A stretch of 64,000 bases of DNA from a virus, in IMG/VR virus record IMGVR_UViG_3300037067_022550; one strand, written 5' to 3'. The position numbers and the translations under genes were made by a program. The notes under the pieces are model-generated. The model had not been told where the DNA came from. It saw only the letters and a list, made by a program, of their open reading frames with translations, and did no database searches. Positions 47,226 through 55,598 of this stretch are shown here, in pieces (positions within the stretch are counted from its first letter, which is position 1; every line of letters starts with the position of its first letter).

Positions 47226-47309
47226 GAAATTTCCCCTTTTATGATAAGAACATTAATTTTCCAGATCAATATACATTTGACCAAGATTGCGAATTTTCTT
47301 GAGCCATTT

Positions 47310-47347
47310 CTGATAAGTACCTTCTGTTGTGCCAATTAAATGTCAAG
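47310..47347 (-). promoter_or_regulatory. early-promoter family copy (plus a degenerate tandem copy near 47240-47280)
   Basis: atgtcaag at 47340-47347. CTTATCAGAAATGG at 23 nt downstream on the gene strand. Confidence 0.55.
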
Positions 47348-47349
47348 TA

Positions 47350-47613
47350 TTATTTTAAGTTACGAGCTTCACAAACTTTTGCAATGCTTTCGTGTTCCAT
47401 TCCAAAATAAACAGCATTAATTCCATGTCTCATGGCAAAATTATATTCATAGATTTCTCTGAGCCAATTCCTTAGTTTCAGGCATTCATTATCTGTTAAA
47501 GAATCTACAGCACAAGTTTTATAACGATTGTGCAATTCCGCCATTTTCTTGCCATAATCTTTGTCCATGATAATTTCCTTCTTATTAATAACTATGCTAT
47601 ATTTAAAAATCAA
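47350..47613 (-). CDS. hypothetical protein
   Basis: 87-aa ORF. Confidence 0.5.
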   Translation of the reverse strand: MIFKYSIVINKKEIIMDKDYGKKMAELHNRYKTCAVDSLTDNECLKLRNWLREIYEYNFAMRHGINAVYFGMEHESIAKVCEARNLK

Positions 47614-47622
47614 ACATTATTT

Positions 47623-47988
47623 TTATGAACCACCAATGTCATAGTTAATGAACCTACCCTTATCCTCATAATGTTCCTGAACCCAAGCAGTATGATCATC
47701 ATTCCTAAACTTCAAATCAGCATGGCGGCGATGACGTTTATCAGGGCTCCACATCAATCTCATTCTCCAATTGTTACTAGCTATATCATATCTACATTCT
47801 TTGTCATTTGGCCATGCTTGAGCTGGGATGCCTTTCAAAAGCTTGTTCATCAAATCAACAGCTTTTTGAACATTTTCTTTATTTGTTCCCCAGCTATAAT
47901 CATTGTCGGGGTTAAGGCACTTCAGGCATTCTTTCCTGTGGGCAACAAGGCGTTTCCGAATAATGTCATGCCATTTGGAATTTTTCAT
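47623..47988 (-). CDS. hypothetical protein
   Basis: 121-aa ORF. Confidence 0.5.
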   Translation of the reverse strand: MKNSKWHDIIRKRLVAHRKECLKCLNPDNDYSWGTNKENVQKAVDLMNKLLKGIPAQAWPNDKECRYDIASNNWRMRLMWSPDKRHRRHADLKFRNDDHTAWVQEHYEDKGRFINYDIGGS

Positions 47989-48010
47989 TGTGTTTTCCTT
48001 GGGGGATTGC

Positions 48011-48253
48011 TCATCTTTTCAAACAAGAAAAAATATTCAGAAGGTTTTTCTTAGTAGCAAACTTTAGCATTTTTTGTGCTTGTTCTAATGCTCTCTTTTT
48101 TGCCCGACCAGGTTTTTCCCAATTTTCATAATACCAACTACAATCTTCAATATGATCCCGTGAGCATGTTTTGAAGTGGATTATTTCTGCTATTTCTTGT
48201 TCATCTGTTAGTTTTTTTTTCATGTTTTCTCTTTTGATTAAGAACAATAACAT
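48011..48253 (-). CDS. hypothetical protein
   Basis: 80-aa ORF. Confidence 0.45.
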   Translation of the reverse strand: MLLFLIKRENMKKKLTDEQEIAEIIHFKTCSRDHIEDCSWYYENWEKPGRAKKRALEQAQKMLKFATKKNLLNIFSCLKR

Positions 48254-48272
48254 AAATTAATTTTAAGTCAAG
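48235..48272 (-). promoter_or_regulatory. early-promoter family copy
   Basis: aagtcaag at 48265-48272. Confidence 0.5.
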
Positions 48273-48274
48273 GA

Positions 48275-48823
48275 TTAATCTTCATCTATCAATGCTTCTT
48301 TTAATTTTTGAAGTTTCTCTCCAGTTACATGGGTAGATGCTATTTCTTCTACTCTTTTTGTTTCTTGTTTTTCTGGTTGTTCTACTTCTTGTTCTACTTC
48401 TTGTTCAACAGAATTTTCTTTCCCCCCGCATTCTTTTAAAGTAAGTTTTTTAAAATTTTCATCCCATTCTCTAAAAAACCATTGCCCGTTTTCAAACAAA
48501 TAAGTGTAATCATTATCACAAATTTTAAGGGCTTCTTCTTTGTTGTCAAATTTCCTATATGTTGTCTGTTCCCAAGATGTCCCCCTATCACGATGGTAGG
48601 CATTAACTTCATCTTTAGGGGGATTATTAAAGTCGTGTTTTTTGCCAATTTCAATTCCAAGAGAAGAAATATCTCCCAATTCAATTAATTTAAAAATTTT
48701 TTCTGGATCGGTATAATGTTCCAAAAGAATTTTGCCATTGTTTTCTGGGTAGCCATCCCAATGAGAATAAATCACATAATAATTTCCATTTTTTTCTAAT
48801 ATGATGTTGCTATGGGTTGACAT
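48275..48823 (-). CDS. hypothetical protein with shared C-terminal module
   Basis: C-terminal 27 aa nearly identical to 41589..42128. Confidence 0.5.
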   Translation of the reverse strand: MSTHSNIILEKNGNYYVIYSHWDGYPENNGKILLEHYTDPEKIFKLIELGDISSLGIEIGKKHDFNNPPKDEVNAYHRDRGTSWEQTTYRKFDNKEEALKICDNDYTYLFENGQWFFREWDENFKKLTLKECGGKENSVEQEVEQEVEQPEKQETKRVEEIASTHVTGEKLQKLKEALIDED

Positions 48824-48848
48824 TTTTATACTCTCTATTTATGAATTG

Positions 48849-48886
48849 ATTTGAATTAATATAACAGATTTAATTTAAAAGTCAAG
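48849..48886 (-). promoter_or_regulatory. early-promoter family copy
   Basis: aagtcaag at 48879-48886. Confidence 0.5.
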
Positions 48887-49280
48887 TTATTTTCCATAGC
48901 TATTATATTTTTATTACCATATTCTAAAACTGAACTCAAATTGTTTTAAAGACCAATAGCCGATAGTAAATGTAAATCCAAAAATACGAAACCATATCAT
49001 CCATGGAGATTTGCCAAAATTAAACAACCATTTTCTTACGCCCAAATATAATAGCAGTCCTTCTTTTTTATAGAGGCGAGCTTTTAAAGGAATAGAAAAT
49101 GTTATTGAAATATCCATTATTTTGCATCTCTTTCCATTTCATCTAAAACCTTTTTATCTTCTTCTGTAATATACCAAAGAGCTATTTCTTTACTATTGTG
49201 AAAAGCTATAGTATGAGGCTTGCCCAAGACGGATTCTATAAAAGCATAGCGTTCAGAATTTTTGGCAATATTAATATTAA

Positions 49281-49546
49281 TCATAAATCACCACAAAAAT
49301 ATTTTTGTCTTTTTATATGTTCTTCAATATATTTTTTAGATGTTCTTGGTTTGGGACAAATTTCTATTGGGCGTGTATCACAAGTTACTAGTATTCTGTT
49401 TCTTCCATAAGATCCACTAACAAGTTCTATCTTTTCTGTCTTATACCCAAGATTGCAACTACCTTTCTGACATGACTGCATTCCATCTTCATAAGCATAA
49501 CAACCCAAACAAGATTTAATGCGAATTTTCACTGAATCTTTTAAAT
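49281..49546 (-). CDS. zinc-finger protein. The start is uncertain because the called N-terminus is a translated tRNA.
   Basis: ORF track 49281..49595 begins inside tRNA-Lys (VAGSSPAR, a typical T-arm translation). The true start is probably downstream of 49547. Confidence 0.3.
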
Positions 49547-49622
49547 TGGTGATCCGGGCGGGACTCGAACCCGCCACCACTTGATTAAAAGTCAAGTGCT
49601 CTACCAGATGAGCTACCGGATC
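49547..49622 (-). tRNA. tRNA-Lys (anticodon UUU), CCA encoded
   Basis: Cloverleaf read by eye. Acceptor GATCCGG/CCGGATC. D arm GCTC-ATCTGGTA-GAGC. Anticodon arm CTTGA-CTTTTAA-TCAAG. T arm GCGGG-TTCGAGT-CCCGC. Discriminator A plus CCA. Confidence 0.85.
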
Positions 49623-49638
49623 TTTCTATTGTAAAACA

Positions 49639-49887
49639 TTATGATTCCAACGCTTTTCTTATGTATTCCCCCAATTCTTTAAAACGGGGATCTTTTTCAA
49701 GTGCAAAAACTATTTTATAAACATTTTCTGTTTTGCGGTATAATTTGTGAATTAAATTAATAGCTTCTTGATTATGCGGTTCTGAAATTTCTGCTTTGGC
49801 TATTGCTAAAACAATATCACTTCTGGTCATTTTGTCTCCTCTTTTTTTAAGACGTGGTGTACAAGCTGCATGGTTTCTGATTGGCAA
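49639..49887 (-). CDS. hypothetical protein
   Basis: 82-aa ORF. Confidence 0.45.
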   Translation of the reverse strand: MPIRNHAACTPRLKKRGDKMTRSDIVLAIAKAEISEPHNQEAINLIHKLYRKTENVYKIVFALEKDPRFKELGEYIRKALES

Positions 49888-50387
49888 ATGCCGTTGTTAT
49901 TAGCCACAGCTTTCAGGGCTTCTTGCATTTCTTTAATCCTATGTCTTGCTCGCAAAAGATGATCTCCATACGATTCTTCATCAGGGTGGAGATTATCTTC
50001 ATACCAACTCCATATGACAATCCCATTTCTGATAATTAAATGGTTCATTTGTAAATGCGTTGTTTCTTTTTCTATATCTGAATTAACAATAACCGTATAA
50101 GACTGTTCTTTAGGACGAAAATCAAGTTCCCTAACCTGGTACAGTTTATTTTTTGTAAGATATTTGCCGCCACTAAGAAAATAATGATCTTCATCTGAAT
50201 CCACAAAATCACCAACTTGAACTATGTTACGCCACTGCTCTTCAATGGCCAATACTATTGCTAACGTTTCATTTGCAATTTCTTCTAATGTTTTCATATT
50301 ACCTGTTCCAAACTGAACGCTTATCAAAGGGGTTGTTTTTAAGAGCTTCAAGAAATTTATTTTTATCAAGGCCATTTGAAATATCAC
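49827..50387 (-). CDS. hypothetical protein
   Basis: 186-aa ORF. Confidence 0.5.
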   Translation of the reverse strand: MIFQMALIKINFLKLLKTTPLISVQFGTGNMKTLEEIANETLAIVLAIEEQWRNIVQVGDFVDSDEDHYFLSGGKYLTKNKLYQVRELDFRPKEQSYTVIVNSDIEKETTHLQMNHLIIRNGIVIWSWYEDNLHPDEESYGDHLLRARHRIKEMQEALKAVANNNGICQSETMQLVHHVLKKEETK

Positions 50388-50793
50388 GCTGCCTAACTAA
50401 AAGACGTAAATATTCAATTTCATCTTCTGTAAGCGTAATAACATCATACCAATCAAATAATTTTAAAAGAGACTGGAAACCATTTAAATTGTCTCTATGC
50501 GTAAAGATAAATTCTTGAATAGCATCACGCCAGCAAGAATCGTGATAGCATAAATGTTTCATGGGCTTGACATGGCGTTCTCCCTTTTCATCAATACGTT
50601 CTTCTTGAACAGCAACATGGACATAATTGCGAGGAGAAAAAATATACATATGACATATTAGATACTGGTCACAACATTTTTCTGGAGTCATATGAAATCC
50701 AATGTGCATGGCTTTGCCAGAATTTATTTGGTCTTTACCAACAACCTTCTCAAATTCACTTTGAATTATTGTACAAAGCATTGATTCAATCAT
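50299..50793 (-). CDS. hypothetical protein
   Basis: 164-aa ORF. Confidence 0.5.
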   Translation of the reverse strand: MIESMLCTIIQSEFEKVVGKDQINSGKAMHIGFHMTPEKCCDQYLICHMYIFSPRNYVHVAVQEERIDEKGERHVKPMKHLCYHDSCWRDAIQEFIFTHRDNLNGFQSLLKLFDWYDVITLTEDEIEYLRLLVRQRDISNGLDKNKFLEALKNNPFDKRSVWNR

Positions 50794-50846
50794 TTTGTCT
50801 CCTTTTTAAGTAGTATTTTGAAACTACTTTTTTCAAAGCTTTTGTT

Positions 50847-50884
50847 AAAGAAGTCTAATGTAACATATTAATTTTAAAAGTCAA
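50847..50884 (-). promoter_or_regulatory. early-promoter family copy
   Basis: aagtcaag at 50877-50884. Confidence 0.5.
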
Positions 50885-51165
50885 GATAGTTTTTCAAGAA
50901 TATTTTCAGCATTAGTGATTAAAGCTATGCGTTCATTCAAATCAATGATAAAAGAATCTTGAGGATGACATTGAATCCAATCATTACCAAGAGATTCTTG
51001 ATCCCCCAAAATTCCATTTTTAATAATGGGGATAATCCTTGAAAGTCCGTCTCTTCTTGCTTTGTCTTCTATAATGGTTCCATTAGGCATTTTACCAGCC
51101 ACTAAACATTGGCAACATTCTAAAGTAGTCATTTGTCCAAAGGGGACATCTCTTGGTGTTTGCAT
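50881..51165 (-). CDS. hypothetical protein (start corrected to the internal Met downstream of the promoter)
   Basis: Promoter TTGACT-16-TAGCAT at 51190-51225 lies inside the longest-ORF call 50881..51261. Likely start MQTPRDVPFGQ... Confidence 0.45.
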   Translation of the reverse strand: MQTPRDVPFGQMTTLECCQCLVAGKMPNGTIIEDKARRDGLSRIIPIIKNGILGDQESLGNDWIQCHPQDSFIIDLNERIALITNAENILEKLS

Positions 51166-51189
51166 TGTTATATTCTTGCCCTTTCTTTT

Positions 51190-51225
51190 AACACTAATGC
51201 TATCATAATTAAAGTAAAAGTCAAT
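51190..51225 (-). promoter_or_regulatory. early-promoter family copy (variant)
   Basis: aagtcaat at 51218-51225. TAGCAT is 16 nt downstream on the gene strand. Confidence 0.45.
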
Positions 51226-51640
51226 ATAATATTGTATAATAAATAACAAAGGAGAAAACATGAAAATAAAACTACCTAAGGAAATACAAGATCAGTTATC
51301 TAATCTTCCTGAAAGCGGAATGGGCTATCAAAAGGCCAATCTGGTACTTGCTAACGGTAAAATTATTAAAAATGCCATTATCAACTCTGAAAGATCCTGA
51401 ACAACAGCTCCTTCACGATCATGATTTCATTGTTTTTTGATAAGACAGTGTGGTCCACAGTGTGCCCTGGTGTGTAAAACAGCTCTTCAACAGCTCTTCA
51501 TTTTTTAATTCGGCACTGAACCCATTAAATATATAGAAAATAACAAGACGAGTGCATTTTCTTATAAAAAAGATATCATGAGGATCCAGAAGACAGTGTG
51601 TGGTCCATAAGTTTTTTGTGGGGCACATGATTTCAATGTA

Positions 51641-51691
51641 CTCTTTTAGGTCCATTAGATAGTTTAATGCTATTTAATGGACCTAAAAGAG
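51641..51691. repeat. 17-bp perfect inverted repeat with 17-bp spacer
   Basis: ctcttttaggtccatta (51641-51657) and taatggacctaaaagag (51675-51691). Confidence 0.8.
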
Positions 51692-51769
51692 TCTCTTTAA
51701 ATAAAAAATTACGTTTTATTTTTTTTATGTATAATGAAAAGAAAGATATAAACCAAGGGAGAAAAAACT

Positions 51770-52321
51770 ATGGGAAGAAAAAAATCAGTAGAACCAAAAG
51801 AAGAGAAGTCTTTTAGCGTGGTGGAAGAAGGCGAAGAAATTGTCAAAAAGTTATGTGAAAAATACCCCGAAGTTCTTTGGGCAGTAGAACCACAAAGCGT
51901 TGGAGTTTATGGGTGCGATAATCAAGAAACTCCTGCAAGTTGTAATACATTGGCTAAAATCAGAAAAGTAAATGGCGTATTAAAAGCAGTTCTAGAAAAA
52001 AATAATATCCCCTTAAAGTATATTATAGAACTCTATTGGAGCGATTGGAGAGAATGGAGTATGCCTACAAAACAATGGATCTTGTTCCATGAATTGTGCC
52101 ATATTCTTGATCCTGATTCTAAAGGATTAAGAAAACACAATATAGAAGATTTTAGCCTAACATTAGATATTGTAGGTATTGAAGGTTATAGAAGATCTGA
52201 TCTACCTAATCTGTTAGGAGATAAACCCGTTGAATTTGATAAGAAAATAGTTGCTGCAATGATGAAACCAGCAGAAGGAACTACAGAAGCTACAGAAAGC
52301 GGGGAAACTCCTCCGGAATAA
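51770..52321 (+). CDS. HExxH zinc-metallopeptidase-like protein
   Basis: FHELCHI (HExxH). RBS AAGGGAGAAAAAAC before the ATG. On the plus strand inside the minus-strand block. Confidence 0.5.
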   Translation: MGRKKSVEPKEEKSFSVVEEGEEIVKKLCEKYPEVLWAVEPQSVGVYGCDNQETPASCNTLAKIRKVNGVLKAVLEKNNIPLKYIIELYWSDWREWSMPTKQWILFHELCHILDPDSKGLRKHNIEDFSLTLDIVGIEGYRRSDLPNLLGDKPVEFDKKIVAAMMKPAEGTTEATESGETPPE

Positions 52322-52486
52322 TATGATTGTAAGAATTAATTTACAACATGCATATTTTCAAGAATTATAAGTGAACCCATTATTACAATTAAAGCACCAT
52401 ATGTATTCATAATTATTTAATAACTATTAATTTTGGTGCTCGGGGAGGGAGTCGAACCCTCACGCCCGTTAAGAGCAACAGATTTT

Positions 52487-53175
52487 CTTCACTACATTAC
52501 TTTCGTATTGTAGTCCGGACTTTCTCTTTACCATGCCTTTTTGGTTTAGGTATCCCCCGTTAAGTCTCTGCACCTTAAAAAATTCCACGCTTATTCTTTT
52601 TTTTCATGGCTTGGAAACAAACTTCTCTCTTTTCTTTGTCTTTGCTGTATTTGCAAAACTCCAAAAAAATCAATGCTTGCTCCCTTTTGACTTTTAAAAA
52701 AGGTAATATCTTTTCTATTAACTTCTGAGAATTACTCATAGACAACCTTATAGCATATGCCGTTTTTCGATTGCCTTTTGGTTTTTTCTCAAAAATTTTC
52801 GAAGTATTTTTAGTTATTATATTTAGCCACTCCATTATCGGTTTATAGGTGTTCCCAATATCTAAATAAGCAGAATATCCTATGTAAGAATTATAATTCT
52901 TAACTTGGTGCTTTCGCTTATTGATATGAATAGAACCTTCACCATCAATAAAACCGGCTATATATGCCAACTCTGTATCTGTTACTTTATTCACTTTAGT
53001 CTCCTTCCTAATAGAGACTATTTCATAGAGAAAATAACAGAAACCTTTTTTAATTTTCAAAGAACAATTGCAGAACTTTCCCTTGGCTCAGGATTAGCAT
53101 ACCTTTCGGTTTAGCTTTCCCTGAATTTGAGGGATTACATTATATAGGTTTCCCTACATACGCTCAATTTCTTTT
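52487..53175 (-). other. group I intron (tRNA-Leu(UAA) intron family, IC3-like) with a homing-endonuclease ORF in a peripheral loop
   Basis: Matches the Anabaena/plastid tRNA-Leu intron as recalled from memory. 5' part AAUUGAGC...CUCAAAUUCAGGGAAA...AAUCCUGAGCCAAG. 3' part AAGGUGCAGAGACU.AACGGGGGAUACCUAAAC...GGUAAAGAGAAAGUCC...GAAA-tetraloop hairpin...UGAAG(omegaG). Confidence 0.75.
52575..53060 (-). CDS. LAGLIDADG homing endonuclease (single-motif, about 160 aa) encoded within the tRNA-Leu intron
   Basis: TELAYIAGFIDGEGSIHI motif. No in-frame ATG at the 5' end (TTG at 53058-53060). Frame open from 53087. Confidence 0.8.
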   Translation of the reverse strand: MKIKKGFCYFLYEIVSIRKETKVNKVTDTELAYIAGFIDGEGSIHINKRKHQVKNYNSYIGYSAYLDIGNTYKPIMEWLNIITKNTSKIFEKKPKGNRKTAYAIRLSMSNSQKLIEKILPFLKVKREQALIFLEFCKYSKDKEKREVCFQAMKKKNKRGIF

Positions 53176-53226
53176 AAGTCTGTTGTGTCTGCCATTCCAC
53201 CACCCGAGCATTACATTTATTTTTAT

Positions 53227-53454
53227 TTAGGGTTTGTTCTGTTCAGCTTGTTTCTTCTTGTATTCAGCAAATTCAGGGCTTGTAGTACTCAACAATAGCT
53301 CCAATAGGACTATTTTCTTGTCTTGAACAATAATAAGTTCCTTGCTTAAACAATTCAACCTATCAATTTTTCCAATGACGTTTGCCTGACCAATAATAAT
53401 CAAGAACATCAAAAACATTACAATTGCACTAATCCAAGTATAAGCCTTGTTCAT
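53227..53454 (-). CDS. small membrane protein
   Basis: 75 aa with one TM helix. Confidence 0.45.
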   Translation of the reverse strand: MNKAYTWISAIVMFLMFLIIIGQANVIGKIDRLNCLSKELIIVQDKKIVLLELLLSTTSPEFAEYKKKQAEQNKP

Positions 53455-53463
53455 AATTTACTC

Positions 53464-53961
53464 CTAATTTTGTTTATCGAATTTATTCCAACATTTATCT
53501 TTACTTTTGAAGTTTTTACAATCTTTAAAAGAACCACCACAACAACATTCAGACCAATTAGGCTTTTTATTGCAATCTACATTTTGATACCACCAAGCAG
53601 GGCAACAAAAATCTCTCATTTCTGTTCCTTTTCCAAACTTTTTTCCTGCCTTCCAATCTTCATAGCTCAATCCCCCAAAGCTTTCACTACCTAAAAATTG
53701 GGGATTGTCTTTGCCGCTTGAAGAACCACTTTGTCCCATACCAACACTAATTCCTGGATTGGTTTGAAGAACTCTAATAACTCCTTTCTTTTCTTCCCTC
53801 CCTTCAAAATCATCATATTCAATCTTTACATGAGTTTTGCCGCTTCCTTCACAATCATGACAAACTACAGCAAAACCATTTTTCTCTGCAAACCCCCTGT
53901 ACAAACCAGTTCCACCACAGGATTTGCATTTACAATCATAGTTTATAACATGATGGCTCAT
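53464..53961 (-). CDS. DnaJ-type (CxxCxGxG) zinc-finger, Cys-rich protein
   Basis: CKSCGGTG and CHDCEGSGK motifs. Many additional Cys. Confidence 0.5.
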   Translation of the reverse strand: MSHHVINYDCKCKSCGGTGLYRGFAEKNGFAVVCHDCEGSGKTHVKIEYDDFEGREEKKGVIRVLQTNPGISVGMGQSGSSSGKDNPQFLGSESFGGLSYEDWKAGKKFGKGTEMRDFCCPAWWYQNVDCNKKPNWSECCCGGSFKDCKNFKSKDKCWNKFDKQN

Positions 53962-53966
53962 AAAGA

Positions 53967-54398
53967 TTATTCTCCAACCGTTCTCTTTTCAGCAACGGTA
54001 AGATGGGCATTATAACGAGACTTGAAGCCATAGTCATCAATGAAAAAGCTGGGATAGAACTTGGAAAGTTTTTTTGAAACTCTTCTACCGTTACAAGCTA
54101 TAACATTTGACAGATCGTTATCTTTCTTTGTCATAATAGCTTTAATAAGACGGCTTCTAGCCCACTTTTTGATTGTCTTCTTATCAGCATTAAACGGACC
54201 GTTATCTGACCATAGAGATATTCCCCTGCACCAGACTCCGTCAACCTTTTTAAGGCATACCCCCCCAAAGATTTGGCGTTTATCATCCCGCAGGTAATAA
54301 AAATAAGTATCCTTATTAATTTCTTTAGCAGCTTCCACTCGTTCCATACGCTTGGACATTTTTTTCTGGATGTTTACTTCTGTAACGTCAAGATCCAT
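53967..54398 (-). CDS. hypothetical protein
   Basis: 143-aa ORF. Confidence 0.5.
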   Translation of the reverse strand: MDLDVTEVNIQKKMSKRMERVEAAKEINKDTYFYYLRDDKRQIFGGVCLKKVDGVWCRGISLWSDNGPFNADKKTIKKWARSRLIKAIMTKKDNDLSNVIACNGRRVSKKLSKFYPSFFIDDYGFKSRYNAHLTVAEKRTVGE

Positions 54399-54417
54399 AA
54401 TACTTCTCCTTTTATTG

Positions 54418-54600
54418 TTATTCGTCGCGATGGCGTTGATTTTCTTCTTCGTCTATAGTTTCACAATGGCGTTCAGCTTCATCTAAAAGCCTTTGCTCTT
54501 CTTCATATTGCAATTCTTCTTCCCTACGGAGATCTTCTTGAGCTTGACGATTATATTCCTCTTCCAAATCATCATATTCAAGATTTTTCTTTCTGCCCAT
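54418..54600 (-). CDS. small highly acidic protein
   Basis: 60 aa, E/D-rich (EEEYNRQAQEDLRREEELQYEEEQ). Confidence 0.4.
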   Translation of the reverse strand: MGRKKNLEYDDLEEEYNRQAQEDLRREEELQYEEEQRLLDEAERHCETIDEEENQRHRDE

Positions 54601-54622
54601 TTTAAACTCCTTATTGTTTATT

Positions 54623-55297
54623 TTAATTATCTTCCGAACTCGAACTTGAAGAAACTTGGTCTCCCATTAAAGCTATATATTCAAAACGGGGTTCTTTACT
54701 TCCATCAGGCATGTTAACGGTTTCATCATCAAGAACATATGTCCTATAACCACCAACAGGCAACATTTCCCTTATGGCGTCACTGATAACATTAACTCTT
54801 TCTGAACAAGAAACAGGGTATTCCCCTTGCTTGACAACAAACTTATTGTGAATCAGAACATTGCGAAGATAGGTTTTGCCTGTTTCAGCATTGTCATATG
54901 TTGAATTAGCAACCTTTTCGAAGTTATCTGTAACCTTCTTGGGATCAATAATGCCCTTGCGGACTTTAGAAACAGCTTCAGCAAAGTCCTTATCTTTGAT
55001 GGTAATGACTTCTTTAATGCTTTCCTTGAGCGTCCTACCCTTTGCCTTGCGGTTATATTCAAGCCCTTGAGCATCAACCCAAGCATTGCGAACTATTTCA
55101 AAAGAAAGCTTTTCATCTTTTTCAAGGGCGTCAAGCTTTTCAGCAGACCGTTGATGGGTGCGTTCATAAGAAGCATCAGCATGAACTGTAACATTCTGCT
55201 TTTCACCATATTTATTTACATAACCGTGAATATAAATAAACATGCCGGCCTTAAGTCCATTAGCCGCTTCAATCAAAGTGCATTTTTGTTCCAACAT
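54623..55297 (-). CDS. hypothetical protein
   Basis: 224-aa ORF. Confidence 0.5.
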   Translation of the reverse strand: MLEQKCTLIEAANGLKAGMFIYIHGYVNKYGEKQNVTVHADASYERTHQRSAEKLDALEKDEKLSFEIVRNAWVDAQGLEYNRKAKGRTLKESIKEVITIKDKDFAEAVSKVRKGIIDPKKVTDNFEKVANSTYDNAETGKTYLRNVLIHNKFVVKQGEYPVSCSERVNVISDAIREMLPVGGYRTYVLDDETVNMPDGSKEPRFEYIALMGDQVSSSSSSEDN

Positions 55298-55306
55298 ATA
55301 ATTTCC

Positions 55307-55504
55307 TTATTTGTTTTTCGGAATATCAATTTTCCAGCCCTGAATATGATCTCCACCTTCAAAAGCAACCAATCCTTCAGATTCTATTTCCAGAACTTTC
55401 TTGGACTTGGTTTCGTCATCATAAGCACGAGAACAAATGACTTGGTTCATTTTCCCATCTTTACCTGCCAAAGCGATCAAATCTTCTTTATTAGTGATCA
55501 ACAT
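55307..55504 (-). CDS. hypothetical protein
   Basis: 65-aa ORF. Confidence 0.4.
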   Translation of the reverse strand: MLITNKEDLIALAGKDGKMNQVICSRAYDDETKSKKVLEIESEGLVAFEGGDHIQGWKIDIPKNK

Positions 55505-55531
55505 ATTATTATCTCCTTTTTGGTTTTAAAA

Positions 55532-55569
55532 ACAGAATTAATCTATCATTATTTAATTTTAATGTCAAG
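55532..55569 (-). promoter_or_regulatory. early-promoter family copy
   Basis: atgtcaag at 55562-55569. No further copy until 52434, so it probably drives the operon 55504 to 53227 and the tRNA-Leu gene. Confidence 0.5.
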
Positions 55570-55598
55570 ATTATTTTTTGCTTATGAAATATTATTTT

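Larger units (their letters stand above)
52434..53209 (-). tRNA. tRNA-Leu (anticodon UAA) split by a 689-nt group I intron (5' exon 53176-53209, 3' exon 52434-52486)
   Basis: The joined exons give a canonical type II tRNA. Acceptor GCUCGGG/CCCGAGC. D arm GUG-GAAUGGCAGA-CAC. Anticodon arm ACAGA-CUUAAAA-UCUGU. Variable stem GCUC/GGGC. T arm GAGGG-UUCGACU-CCCUC. Then A-CCA. The intron sits between U34 and A35, begins after U and ends with G. Confidence 0.8.

Noticed and set aside
49587-49596. Promoter-family copy at 49587
   Set aside because: It lies inside the tRNA-Lys anticodon arm (CTTGA-CTTTTAA-TCAAG), a coincidental match to the -35 core.
52434-52486. Isolated tRNA 3' fragment as an attP/integration-site remnant
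   Set aside because: The matching 5' half (acceptor, D arm, anticodon stem to U34) lies at 53176-53209 and the intervening 689 nt has group I intron hallmarks. It is a split tRNA gene, not a remnant.
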